A stretch of DNA of 64,000 nucleotides, taken from an uncultured delta proteobacterium. Its GTDB lineage: Bacteria > Myxococcota_A > Polyangia > Polyangiales > Polyangiaceae. Each line of letters opens with the position of its first letter. The stretch's first letter is position 1. The stretch lies in contig CAWAIF010000003.1 in NCBI GenBank assembly GCA_963782055.1, positions 6,656,001 through 6,720,000 of the forward strand, given 5' to 3'. Below are positions 9,322-19,012 of the stretch, in pieces. A program made the position numbers and the translations under genes. The notes under the pieces were generated by a model. The model was given only the letters and a program-made list of their open reading frames with translations. It was not told where the DNA came from and did not search any database.

Positions 9322-10380
9322 TCAGCGCCCGCTCCCCGCGTTGGCGCAGCGGACGAGCGCATCGGCGGCGGCCAGGGCGGAGCGGGCCGGGAGGCCGGCC
9401 GAGCGGACCTTGCGCAGGGCCTGACAGGCGCTGCGCAGCTCGCGGACGTTGGAGCTGGGGGTGTCCAGCGCGTCCACGGCGAGCGCGCGCTGGGTGACGT
9501 TGGCCTCCAGCGCGCCGGCCAGGGTCTCGTCGAGGGCCTTGCCACATCGCTCGACCGCGGCCTCCAGCGGGACGGCGAGGGCGGCGTACTGCGCCTTCGG
9601 CCGGGTCTTGAGGGCGAGGTCCCAGGCCCGCCGCAGACGAGCGCAGGGGAGCGTCTCGCTCTTGCTGGCGCCGCCCAGCAGCCCCGTCTCCGCCGAGGAC
9701 CCCAGCCAGGACAGCACGTCGTCGTCGATGGCGGCCATCTGCGCGGCGGCGCCGAGGCACCGCTGGTCGTCCCGGGAGGCCACCGGCACGGTGGTGAAGG
9801 TCATCCGCACCTCGTGGGTCGCATCGACCGAGGCGAGGCCCTGACACATGGCGCCGCGCGTGGCGGCGTCGGCGAGGCGGCGCTCCACCGCGGGCGACGC
9901 GGTGGCGCCGGCGCTGGCGAGCACGCCGGTGCACTCGGAGCACCCGGCCTTCACCGCGCCCTCCAGGTCGCCGACGAAGGACGTCAGCTTGGGGCTCTTG
10001 CGGGTCATCGCCCTGGAGGCGACCGAGGCCGTTGACGCGTCGGAGAGGCCGCGTCGGATGAGCCGCGGTCCCCACGCCGCGCCGCGCTCCACCGCAGCCC
10101 ACGCCGCCAGGTAGACGTTGAGATCGTTCTTGGGCTTGGCCTCCAGCGCGGCCTGGGCCTTCGGGTTCTTGTCGGCGAGGCGGCCGAGGGCGCCGGTCGC
10201 CTCCGGCGCGGTCTGCTGATCCAGCCACGCCACGTTGCCCTTGGCCTCGGCGTCGGAGACGCCCGCCGGCTTGCAGCCGGAGAGCATGCCGAACACGACC
10301 CACGCGGCCGCGGCCGCCAGGGCGCGGGGCCGACGGCCGGCCGACGGCCCGGAGGGCGCGTGGACTCTCGCGTGGGCCAT
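9322..10380 (-). CDS. Hypothetical lipoprotein, alpha-helical with paired Cys
   Basis: Lipobox-like LSGC after a hydrophobic stretch; coding-like codon bias. Confidence 0.65.
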   Translation of the reverse strand: MAHARVHAPSGPSAGRRPRALAAAAAWVVFGMLSGCKPAGVSDAEAKGNVAWLDQQTAPEATGALGRLADKNPKAQAALEAKPKNDLNVYLAAWAAVERGAAWGPRLIRRGLSDASTASVASRAMTRKSPKLTSFVGDLEGAVKAGCSECTGVLASAGATASPAVERRLADAATRGAMCQGLASVDATHEVRMTFTTVPVASRDDQRCLGAAAQMAAIDDDVLSWLGSSAETGLLGGASKSETLPCARLRRAWDLALKTRPKAQYAALAVPLEAAVERCGKALDETLAGALEANVTQRALAVDALDTPSSNVRELRSACQALRKVRSAGLPARSALAAADALVRCANAGSGR

Positions 10381-10517
10381 CGAGGGGGATGATACCCAAT
10401 TTCACTGCCCTTCCCGGCGTTCTTCGGCCGAGCCTCCCGCTCGGACCCCATTCGCGGCGGGGCCCGCGCCAAACGCCGCGACACGCAGGGACGCCCCGCA
10501 GCGTCTAAGATGACGGC

Positions 10518-11426
10518 ATGCTCGTCGTCATCGCCGGGGGGACCGGCTTCATCGGCCGGAAGCTGGCGCGCGCGCTCGTGGACCGCGGGGACGAGGTGAC
10601 GCTCCTCTCGCGGACGGCGGCCCCGCCGGCGGAGGGGGTGCGCACGGTGGCGTGGGACCCGCGGCCGGGCGGCGACCTCGCGTGGACCCGGACCATCGAC
10701 GGCGCCGGCGCCGTGGTGAACCTCGCGGGGGCCGGCGTGGTGGACGAGCGCTGGACCGACGCGCGCCTCGCGCTGATCCGCTCCAGCCGCGTGGACTCCA
10801 CCGACGCGCTGGTGCGCGCCATCGACAGAGCGGAGCGGCGGCCGCGTGTGCTCGTCAGCGCGTCGGGCGTGGGCATCTACGGCATGCGCAAGGACGACAC
10901 CATCCTGGGCGAGGACGGCGACCACGGCACCGACGTGCTCGCCTCCCTGTGCGAGGACTGGGAGGCCGCCGCCCTGCGCGCGGAGGAGAGCTGCCGGGTG
11001 GCGGTGTCGCGCTTCGGCGTGGTGCTCGGCGCCGACGGCGGCGCGCTCGCCCGGATGGTCCCGCTCTTCCGGCGCTTCCTCGGCGGGCCCATCGGCGACG
11101 GGCAACAGTGGTGGAGCTGGATCCACTGGCGGGACGCCGTGCGCGCCCTCCTCTTCGCGATCGACGAGGACGCCCTTCGCGGCCCCTTCAACGTCACCGC
11201 GCCGGAGCCCGTCACCATGAACGAGGTGGCGCGCGCGCTGGGCGAGGTGCTGCACCGGCCGGCGGTGTGGCGCGTGCCCGCCTTCTCCCTGCGCCTGGCG
11301 CTCGGCGACGCCGCCGAGGTCATCCTCACCGGGCAGCGCGTCGTGCCGCGGCGGCTGCAGGAGCTGGGCTTCCGCTTCGAGCACCCGGACTTCACCGCGG
11401 CGCTGCGCGACGCCGTGCGTTCATAG
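10518..11426 (+). CDS. TIGR01777-family NAD-dependent epimerase (YfcH/SDR39U1-like)
   Basis: GGTGFIG, VNLAG, SRVDST, CEDWE, GDGQQWWSWIH, GPFNVTAP. Confidence 0.92.
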   Translation: MLVVIAGGTGFIGRKLARALVDRGDEVTLLSRTAAPPAEGVRTVAWDPRPGGDLAWTRTIDGAGAVVNLAGAGVVDERWTDARLALIRSSRVDSTDALVRAIDRAERRPRVLVSASGVGIYGMRKDDTILGEDGDHGTDVLASLCEDWEAAALRAEESCRVAVSRFGVVLGADGGALARMVPLFRRFLGGPIGDGQQWWSWIHWRDAVRALLFAIDEDALRGPFNVTAPEPVTMNEVARALGEVLHRPAVWRVPAFSLRLALGDAAEVILTGQRVVPRRLQELGFRFEHPDFTAALRDAVRS

Positions 11427-13349
11427 CTCGATCTGCGAGCCGAACTCCACGACCCGCCCGGGCGGGATGTTGAAGAAGGCGGTGGCCGGGCGCGCGTTGC
11501 GCGACAGGAAGGAGAAGAGGACCTTGCGCCAGCGCGCCATGCCCTTCTTGTCGGTGATCACCAGGGTCTCGCGGCCCAGGAAGAAGCTGGTGTCGTCCTG
11601 GCGCGTGACCAGGCCCTTGGCGGCGCAGCGCTGCAGGATCTCCAGAGCGTCGGGCGATTGCATGAAGCCGACGGCCGCGCGCACCTGCCAGATGCCGCTG
11701 CCCAGGTCGACCATGCGCTCGATGCGCTCGGAGGGCGGCACCTCCGGCACGTGCTGGGTCGCAATGGAGAGGCACACCACCTGCTTGTGCAGCATCTTGT
11801 TGTGCTTGAAGTGGTGCAGGAGCACCGGCGGCGTCGCGTCGGGGTTGGAGGTCATGAAGATGGCCGTCCCTTCCACCCGCGGCGGCTTCGCGCGCGCCAG
11901 GTCCTCGATGAAGGCGCTGAGCGGCAGGCGGGAGGCGAAGATGGCCCTGGCGAGCTCGGCGCGGCCGCGCTTCCACGTCACCATGATGGTGAAGACGAGC
12001 GCGCCGATGCCCAGCGGCACCCACCCGCCGTCCTCGATCTTCACCGTGTTCGCCGTGAAGAAGCCGATGTCCACGGTGAGGAAGACGGCGCAGAGCGAGC
12101 CGGCCTTGAGGATGCCCCAGCCCCAGCGGCTGCGCGCCACCGCGTAAAAGAGCACGGTGGTGATGATCATCGTGCCGGTCACCGCGATGCCGTACGCCGC
12201 GGCGAGGTCGGTGGAGTGCTTGAAGCCGAGCACCAGGGCGACGCACGCGACCATGAGCGCCCAGTTGACCTCCGGGATGTAGATCTGCCCCTCGGCCTCG
12301 CCGGAGGTGTGGAGGATGGCGACGCGCGGCCAGTAGCCGAGCTGCACCGCCTGCTGCGTGAGGGAGTAGGCTCCGGTGATGAGGGCCTGCGAGGCGATGA
12401 CCGTGGCCGCGGTGGCGATGCCGACGAGCGGGTAGAGGAACCAGCTCGGCGCGAGGGCGTAGAAGGGGTTGGCGAGCGCCGCCTTGCCGTGGGACGACAG
12501 CAGCAGCGCGCCCTGGCCGAAGTAGTTGAGCAAGAGGCACGGGAAGACGAGGCCGTACCAGGCGATCTTGATGGGCTTCGGGCCGAAGTGGCCCATGTCG
12601 GCGTAGAGCGCCTCGCCGCCGGTGATGCACAGGACGACCGAGCCGAGCACGAAGAAGCCCGCCTCCCCGTGGTGGGCGAGGAACTGCACCGCGAGCACCG
12701 GGTTGACCGCGAGCAGCACGTGCGGGTGCTTCACGATCGCGACGACGCCGATCGACGCGATGCTGCCGAACCAGAGGACCATCGCCGGGCCGAAGACGGC
12801 GCCGACGCGATGCGTGCCGCGCTGCTGTACCCAGAAGAGGCCCACCAGGATGACCACGGTGATGGGCACGACGAGGTGATGGAGCACCGGCGAGGGCTGC
12901 ACCTCGAGGCCCTCCACCGCCGAGAGCACCGAGATGGCGGGCGTGATCACGCCGTCGCCGTAGAGCAGCGCCGCGCCGAACAGGCCCAGGAACACGAGTA
13001 TCAGTATGCGCTTGCGCTTCGTGTCGCCATCGTCGCCGGTGACGACGGCGAGCAGGGCGAGGATGCCGCCCTCGCCGCGGTTGTCCGCGCGCATGATGAA
13101 GGTCATGTACTTGACCACGATCACCAGCACGAGCGACCAGAAGAAGAGCGAGAGGATGCCGAGCACGTTGGCGTGCGTCAGCGTGAGCTTCGTCACCTTC
13201 CCGGCGAAGTCGGTGTGGTCGCTGAAGCACTCCTTCACCGCGTACAGCGGCGAGGTCCCGATGTCCCCGTAGACGACGCCGAGGGCGGCCAGGGAGAGCT
13301 TCGCCAGGTCTCTGGGCGACCGAGCGCCGGAGTGCGCCTGGGATTCCAT
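11421..13349 (-). CDS. kup: KUP/HAK/KT potassium transporter
   Basis: GVVYGDIGTSPLY, GEGGILAL, GDGVITPAISVLSAVEG, EALYADMGHF, GQIYIPEVNW. Confidence 0.97.
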   Translation of the reverse strand: MESQAHSGARSPRDLAKLSLAALGVVYGDIGTSPLYAVKECFSDHTDFAGKVTKLTLTHANVLGILSLFFWSLVLVIVVKYMTFIMRADNRGEGGILALLAVVTGDDGDTKRKRILILVFLGLFGAALLYGDGVITPAISVLSAVEGLEVQPSPVLHHLVVPITVVILVGLFWVQQRGTHRVGAVFGPAMVLWFGSIASIGVVAIVKHPHVLLAVNPVLAVQFLAHHGEAGFFVLGSVVLCITGGEALYADMGHFGPKPIKIAWYGLVFPCLLLNYFGQGALLLSSHGKAALANPFYALAPSWFLYPLVGIATAATVIASQALITGAYSLTQQAVQLGYWPRVAILHTSGEAEGQIYIPEVNWALMVACVALVLGFKHSTDLAAAYGIAVTGTMIITTVLFYAVARSRWGWGILKAGSLCAVFLTVDIGFFTANTVKIEDGGWVPLGIGALVFTIMVTWKRGRAELARAIFASRLPLSAFIEDLARAKPPRVEGTAIFMTSNPDATPPVLLHHFKHNKMLHKQVVCLSIATQHVPEVPPSERIERMVDLGSGIWQVRAAVGFMQSPDALEILQRCAAKGLVTRQDDTSFFLGRETLVITDKKGMARWRKVLFSFLSRNARPATAFFNIPPGRVVEFGSQIEL

Positions 13350-13411
13350 GAGTCGGCGCTCCACAGGTACGCCGCGCAGGCCTCCTCTGTCCAGTGGTAC
13401 TCTCGCGGCGC

Positions 13412-14452
13412 ATGCCGAACGTGTCGCTCCGGCGCCTGTGGTACGCCGCCGCGCTGCTCACGCTGCTGGTGCTCGGAGGAAGCGCGGGGTACTTCGTCCT
13501 GGGCGCGGGGCGGTGGACGTTCGGCGAGTGCGTGTACATGACCGTCATCACCCTCTCGACGGTCGGCTTCGCCGAGCTGGGCGGGATGGACACCGTGCCG
13601 GGCACCCGCGGCCTCACCATGGTGCTCATCGCCGGCGGCATCGGCACGCTGGCGTACGTGCAGGCCAACGTGACCGCCATCCTCGTCGAGGGGGTGATCG
13701 GCCAGGCGCTCCGGAGGAATCGCATGCGCAAGAAGATCGAGTCCCTCGCCGGGCACATCGTCGTGGCGGGGTCGGGGTCCACCGGCAAGCACATCATCGA
13801 GGAGCTCGTCGCCACGCAGACGCCCTTCGTCGTCATCGACCGCAACCACGAGCACCTGCAGCGGCTCGCGCAGTCGGTCACGGCCACCGAGCTGCTCTAC
13901 GTGCACGGCGACGCGACGGAGGACGGCGTGCTGCTGGAGGCCGGGGTGGACCGCGCCGCCGGCGTCGTCGCCGCGCTGACGCACGACAAGGACAACCTGT
14001 ACGTGACCCTGAGCGCGCGCAGCCTCAACTCCGGCGCGCGCATCGTCTCCAAGGTGACCGAGGACGAGGCGGCGCCCAAGATGCTCAAGGCCGGCGCGAG
14101 CAGCGTGGTGAGCCCGACGCAGATCGGCGGGCGGCGCATGGCGAGCGAGGTGCTGCGCCCGGAGGTCAACGAGTTCCTCGACCAGATGCTCCGCGACAAG
14201 GACAAGACGCTGCGGCTGGAGGAGGTGCTCGTCCCGGAGACCTCGCCGTACGTGGGGCGCGCGCTCAAGGACGCGCCCATCCGCAAGGAGACGCGGCTGC
14301 TCGTCGTCGCCGTGCGCCGCAAGACGCGCGACTTCGTCTACAACCCGGAGCCGGACTTCGTCCTGGAGGCCGGCGCGACCCTCGTCGTCATGGGCCCCTC
14401 CGAGGGCGTCCGCAAGCTCCGCGCGATGATGAACGAGAAGAAGGGGACCTGA
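13412..14452 (+). CDS. 2TM potassium channel with RCK (TrkA-N/TrkA-C) domains
   Basis: TLSTVGF filter, HIVVAGSGSTG, GDAT, AGASSVVSP, TrkA-C tail. Confidence 0.9.
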   Translation: MPNVSLRRLWYAAALLTLLVLGGSAGYFVLGAGRWTFGECVYMTVITLSTVGFAELGGMDTVPGTRGLTMVLIAGGIGTLAYVQANVTAILVEGVIGQALRRNRMRKKIESLAGHIVVAGSGSTGKHIIEELVATQTPFVVIDRNHEHLQRLAQSVTATELLYVHGDATEDGVLLEAGVDRAAGVVAALTHDKDNLYVTLSARSLNSGARIVSKVTEDEAAPKMLKAGASSVVSPTQIGGRRMASEVLRPEVNEFLDQMLRDKDKTLRLEEVLVPETSPYVGRALKDAPIRKETRLLVVAVRRKTRDFVYNPEPDFVLEAGATLVVMGPSEGVRKLRAMMNEKKGT

Positions 14453-14476
14453 CCGGGCCAGGGGCCCGACGCGAGC

Positions 14477-16306
14477 TCACGCGGCGATGCCGCGGGCGCG
14501 CAGGACGTCGCGCAGCAGGGGTTTCAGCTCGGGGGAGGCGGAGGGCATGCTCTGCTTGGCGAGCTCGACGAACCGACCGGCGCGCGAGACCTTCAGCCCG
14601 GAGAGCGCGGCCTGACGCTCCTGCGGCGCGCCGTGCTCCAGCACGCCGAGCAAGAACTCGGCGGCCTCGACGGTGTCCACCTTCGCCAGGGCGTGCAGCG
14701 CCGACGCACGCACCGACATCTGCGCGGACTCGCGGACGATGCGCGAGAGCGGGTCGAAGGCGTGCGCGAAGTGGAGCGACTGGACCGCCTTCGCCGCCTG
14801 GTCGACGACGGCGGAGTCGCTGTCCCGCAGGGCCGCGCGCAAGGTGATGAAGCTGCGCTTGAAGAAGAGGGTCTGCAGGGAGGTGAGGACGGCGAGCCTC
14901 ACCGGGCGCTCCGGCCGGGCGAAGAGCTTCTCCAGCGGCGAGAGGACGGCGTAGAGCTGGAGCTGCGCCAGCTGCTCGGCGAGCCGCACGCGACCCGAGA
15001 CGGCTGCCTTGGAGGAGTCCTCCGGCCGGCCCTCCACCGCGAAGGCGGTGAGCCGCGCGAGCATCGCCTTGCGGCGGGTGAGGTCGGGCCACTGCTTGTT
15101 GAGCAGGACGTCGGCGCACGCCTCCGCGGCGCTCCCCTGCTGCTCCCACTCGATGAGGTCGACGTGCCACACGTCGGGGAACTGGTTGTCCTGCTTCAGG
15201 TGCGCGGGCAGCGGGGCCGCGTCGATCGCCTCGTCCTTCACGCCCTCGTAGCGCCTGGCCGCGCGCGCGTAGTGCTTCTTGCGCGCCGGCTCGAGGTCCA
15301 TCATCGCCAGCTCCTCGTAGACCTTGCCGACGCGCCAGTACTGGCCCACCTCGCCGAAGGCGAGCACCGCGGCGAGCATGGCGTTCTCGGCGATCTCCGG
15401 CGGGGCGCCGCGCTCCAGGTGCTGGCGGGCGACCTGCTGCCAGAGCTCGGCCTGCGCGAGGACGTAGTGCGCGCCCGTCGCCGCCATGCCGAGCGCGCGC
15501 GCGTACTCGCTCATCTCCCGGGCGATCGTCGCGGCGGCGGAGAACTCGCCCTTCTCCTTGGCCGCGGAGAGGGCATCCTCGAAGTACTGCAGGGCGAAGT
15601 ACTTGAGGTGGTCCTCGCGCAGGATGCGGATGCAGTTGACGTAGCCCTCCAGCACGTCCTCGAACATGCCGCCCTCGCGGCCGATCTGCACGAGCACCTG
15701 GAAGCAGTCGAAGGCGCGCTCGCGCTGGCCCACCGACTCGAAGTGGTCGGCCGCCTCCTCCAGGAGGCGGACGCTGGCGACGATGGCGTCGTGCGCCTGC
15801 CGCGCGTCGTCGCACTGCTTCGCGCACCGCGCCAGGTTGAACTGCACCAGCGCGGCGTTGTAGGCGTCGGCGCCGCCGCCCGTCACCTGCGTGAGGCGCG
15901 ACCAGAGAGCGCGCGCGCCCGCCCAGTCCGCCGCCTTCTCGCGATAGATCGCCGCGGCCGCCACCAGACCGGCGTTCTCCATCTCCCGCGCGGCCTGCGC
16001 CATGTCGCCGGCGGCAGCGAAGGTCCGCGCGCGGTCCACCGGCGGCACGGCCGCCAGCTTCGGCCCGGCGCGGCGGATGGCGTCGCGGTCGCTGTAGATC
16101 ATGTACCAGAGCACGGTGAGCGCGCTGCGGTGGTCCCCTCGACGGCTGAGCACGTCCTCCAGCGGCTTGAGGATGGCGAGGTAATCGTTCTCGGCGATGT
16201 GCGTCTGCTGCGCGGCGGTGACGAGCGAGTTTGCGGCGTCGTCCAGATCGCCGCGGGCCATCGACTGGCGAGCGCGATCGCGCAGGTAATACAGGTCGTC
16301 GAGCAT
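14477..16306 (-). CDS. Alpha-solenoid (TPR/SNAP-like) protein with C-terminal HEAT repeats
   Basis: Helical repeats throughout; LRAALRDSDSAVVDQAAKA and VRASALHALAK are HEAT-like. Confidence 0.7.
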   Translation of the reverse strand: MLDDLYYLRDRARQSMARGDLDDAANSLVTAAQQTHIAENDYLAILKPLEDVLSRRGDHRSALTVLWYMIYSDRDAIRRAGPKLAAVPPVDRARTFAAAGDMAQAAREMENAGLVAAAAIYREKAADWAGARALWSRLTQVTGGGADAYNAALVQFNLARCAKQCDDARQAHDAIVASVRLLEEAADHFESVGQRERAFDCFQVLVQIGREGGMFEDVLEGYVNCIRILREDHLKYFALQYFEDALSAAKEKGEFSAAATIAREMSEYARALGMAATGAHYVLAQAELWQQVARQHLERGAPPEIAENAMLAAVLAFGEVGQYWRVGKVYEELAMMDLEPARKKHYARAARRYEGVKDEAIDAAPLPAHLKQDNQFPDVWHVDLIEWEQQGSAAEACADVLLNKQWPDLTRRKAMLARLTAFAVEGRPEDSSKAAVSGRVRLAEQLAQLQLYAVLSPLEKLFARPERPVRLAVLTSLQTLFFKRSFITLRAALRDSDSAVVDQAAKAVQSLHFAHAFDPLSRIVRESAQMSVRASALHALAKVDTVEAAEFLLGVLEHGAPQERQAALSGLKVSRAGRFVELAKQSMPSASPELKPLLRDVLRARGIAA

Positions 16307-16440
16307 GGTGGTGGAGTCGCGCTTACAGTAGCATCGCCCGAGCGCACCCGGACCCCCGCGACGCCGCGGATGCGCGGCGCATCCAACTACACCCGCTACG
16401 GGCCGTCGGCCGGCCCGCGGCCGGACCTCAGTGGCACACC

Positions 16441-17124
16441 ATGATCGAGCTCTTTGCCTGGCCCACCCCCAACGGACACAAGATCTCCATCTTCCTGGAA
16501 GAGGCGGAGACCCCCTACCGCGTCACCCCGGTGAACATCGGCAAGGGCGAGCAGTTCGCGCCGGAGTTCTTGAAGATCAGCCCCAACAACCGGATGCCCG
16601 CCATCGTCGACCCCGACGGCCCCGGCGGCGAGCCCATCAGCGTCTTCGAATCGGGCGCCATCCTGATGTACCTGGGCGACAAGACCGGGCGCTTCTTCCC
16701 GAAGGAGACGCGCGCCCGCTCCAGGGTGACGGAGTGGCTCATGTGGCAGATGGGCGGCGTCGGGCCGATGTTCGGGCAGATGACGCACTTCACCCGCTAC
16801 GCGCCGGAGAAGCTCCCCTACGCCGTCGATCGCTACACCAAGGAGTCGCACCGGCTGACCGGCGTGCTGGACCGCCGCCTGGCGGAGGCGGAGTTCGTCG
16901 CGGGTGAGTACTCGATCGCCGACATGGCCATCTTCCCGTGGGTCCACGGCCTGGCCGATCACCTCGGCCTGGAGGAGCGGCCCAACGTCCGCCGCTGGCT
17001 GGAGGTGCTGCGCGCGCGCCCCGGCGTGCAGCGCGGCCTCGAGCTCCTGAAGGAGGTCCGCCGCAAGGGCCCGATGACCGACGAGGAGAAGGAGGTCCTC
17101 TTCGGCAAGAAGCAATTCAGGTGA
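16441..17124 (+). CDS. Glutathione S-transferase, YfcG/nu class
   Basis: WPTPNGHKI, ISPNNRMPAI, FESGAIL, QMGGVGPMFGQ, YSIADMA. Confidence 0.93.
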   Translation: MIELFAWPTPNGHKISIFLEEAETPYRVTPVNIGKGEQFAPEFLKISPNNRMPAIVDPDGPGGEPISVFESGAILMYLGDKTGRFFPKETRARSRVTEWLMWQMGGVGPMFGQMTHFTRYAPEKLPYAVDRYTKESHRLTGVLDRRLAEAEFVAGEYSIADMAIFPWVHGLADHLGLEERPNVRRWLEVLRARPGVQRGLELLKEVRRKGPMTDEEKEVLFGKKQFR

Positions 17125-17127
17125 GGG

Positions 17128-17952
17128 TCACGCCGACGGTGGCTGGGGGGGAGCGCTCGTCCGGTTCGCCGCCGCGCGCTCGCGGCGCGCGCGCGGGATG
17201 CCGATGATCAGCTCCACCAGGCCGAGAGCGATGTAGCAGGCCAGCAGCCACACCAGCACGAAGGCCGGCCGCGTCTGCAGCGAGATGATCGCGCTCGAGC
17301 CGATGACGAAGAAGACCAGCGCCACCGAGCGCGCGTTGAAGCGCAGGTCCTTGAAGGACCGGAAGCGGATGGTGGAGACCATCAAAAAGCTCAGGAAGAC
17401 GGTGAGCAGGCAGAGCGGCCAGACGTACTGCGGCCCGCTCAAATCCCCGCCGATGGCGTGGTTCGCCAGCACGAGCGAGACCAGGATGCCCGCGGCGCCC
17501 GGGATGACGAGCCCGATGACGTACTTGCCCGGCTTGGTGGGCGCCCCGCCCTCCCCCATGCTCAGGACGTTGAAGCGCGCCAGGCGCACCGCGCCCGCGC
17601 CGACGAAGAGGAAGGCGCACACCAGACCGATGACGCCCGCCTGGTGCAGCGACCACTGGAAGACGAGCAGCGCCGGGGCCACCCCGAAGGAGACCAGGTC
17701 CGCCAGCGAGTCGATCTGCAGGCCGAAGGCGCTCTGCGTCTTGGTGAGTCGCGCCACGCGCCCATCGAGCATGTCGAAGAGCAGGGCGAAGACGAGCAGG
17801 ATGGAGGCGCGGTAGAAGTCGTCGTCGCTCTGCCCGCGCGCGGCGAGGCGGATGGAGTCGAATCCGCAGAAGATGGACGAGAGGGTGATGAGGTTCGGCA
17901 GCAAGAAGAGCGTCTTCTTGAGGTCGAGCTTCTTCCGGCGTTCTCTCGGCAC
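17128..17952 (-). CDS. pssA: CDP-diacylglycerol--serine O-phosphatidyltransferase
   Basis: LPNLIT, DMLDGRVAR, FGLQIDSLADLVSFGVAP, RLARFN. Confidence 0.95.
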   Translation of the reverse strand: MPRERRKKLDLKKTLFLLPNLITLSSIFCGFDSIRLAARGQSDDDFYRASILLVFALLFDMLDGRVARLTKTQSAFGLQIDSLADLVSFGVAPALLVFQWSLHQAGVIGLVCAFLFVGAGAVRLARFNVLSMGEGGAPTKPGKYVIGLVIPGAAGILVSLVLANHAIGGDLSGPQYVWPLCLLTVFLSFLMVSTIRFRSFKDLRFNARSVALVFFVIGSSAIISLQTRPAFVLVWLLACYIALGLVELIIGIPRARRERAAANRTSAPPQPPSA

Positions 17953-18166
17953 GAATGTCCTCTCGTCGCGAAATGAAGACCATGACGCAAACGCCGCGGC
18001 GCGTAAAGAGAAGCACCCTATGCGCCCCCGACACCGGTGCGTAGCGCGTTACCCGCCCACCTCATCCTCGTTGCTTCCCACCATCCGTCGCCGGGTGGTG
18101 TGCGCCGGGGCCGCGGGAGGGCCGGAAATTGGCCTCGGGGCGGGGAGCGGCCTACGCTTGGAGCGC

Positions 18167-19012
18167 ATGTGCCGAACCTACGGACTCTGCGCGCTCGTCC
18201 TTCCCCTGCTCGTGGCCTGCGCCCACGGACAGAGCGCCGAGGACCGCCAGCTCGCCCAGATGCGCGACGAGCTGAGCCAGGTCCAGCACGACAGCGACCG
18301 CTTCGACCAGCGCCTCTCCTCGCTGGAGGTGCAGGCCGCCGACGAGACGCACCGTCCCGCGCGGCCCACCGACACCTCCCCCACCCCGCGGCTACGGGTG
18401 GTGCGCCTCTCGCCCGACGGCTCGGAGATCTCCCAGTCCTCCAGCGAGACCGCGGGGGCCAGCACCGAGGACGACTCCCCCCGGCCGGTCATCCGCGTCC
18501 GCGGCACCCGCGGCCGGAAGGCCGACGTCATCGAGGAGACGCTCCCCGACGAGACGGCGAACATCGGCCACACCCCGCACTCGGGGCGCCCCTCCGCGCT
18601 CGACCCGGCGGCCAAGCGCGCCTACGACGCGGCGCTCGCCCTGGTGAACTCCAAGCACTACACCGAGGCGCTCGACGCCTTCGCCGCCTTCCTCATCCGC
18701 TACCCCGACCACCCTTACGCCGCCAACGCCACCTACTGGCGAGGCGAGTGCTACTACGCGCAAGGCGACTACGTCCGGGCGAAGGAGCAGTTCGAGGGGG
18801 TCATCGCCCGCTTCCCGCTGGGCAACAAGACGCCCGACGCGCTCCTGAAGCTCGGCCTCTGCCAGCAGAAGCTCGGGAACCCGGCGCGGGCGCGCACCTA
18901 CTTCGACAAGCTGCTGCAACAGTATCCGAAGAGCGACGCGGCGCGACGCATCCCGCGTGACGCATCCGACCGAAGCGGCGCGGCCGGTCCAGGCGTCAAG
19001 GAGTCTCCATGA
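18167..19012 (+). CDS. cpoB: Tol-Pal associated TPR lipoprotein CpoB/YbgF
   Basis: Lipobox LVAC, coiled coil, YPDHPYAANATYWRGE, KTPDALLKLG. Confidence 0.88.
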   Translation: MCRTYGLCALVLPLLVACAHGQSAEDRQLAQMRDELSQVQHDSDRFDQRLSSLEVQAADETHRPARPTDTSPTPRLRVVRLSPDGSEISQSSSETAGASTEDDSPRPVIRVRGTRGRKADVIEETLPDETANIGHTPHSGRPSALDPAAKRAYDAALALVNSKHYTEALDAFAAFLIRYPDHPYAANATYWRGECYYAQGDYVRAKEQFEGVIARFPLGNKTPDALLKLGLCQQKLGNPARARTYFDKLLQQYPKSDAARRIPRDASDRSGAAGPGVKESP

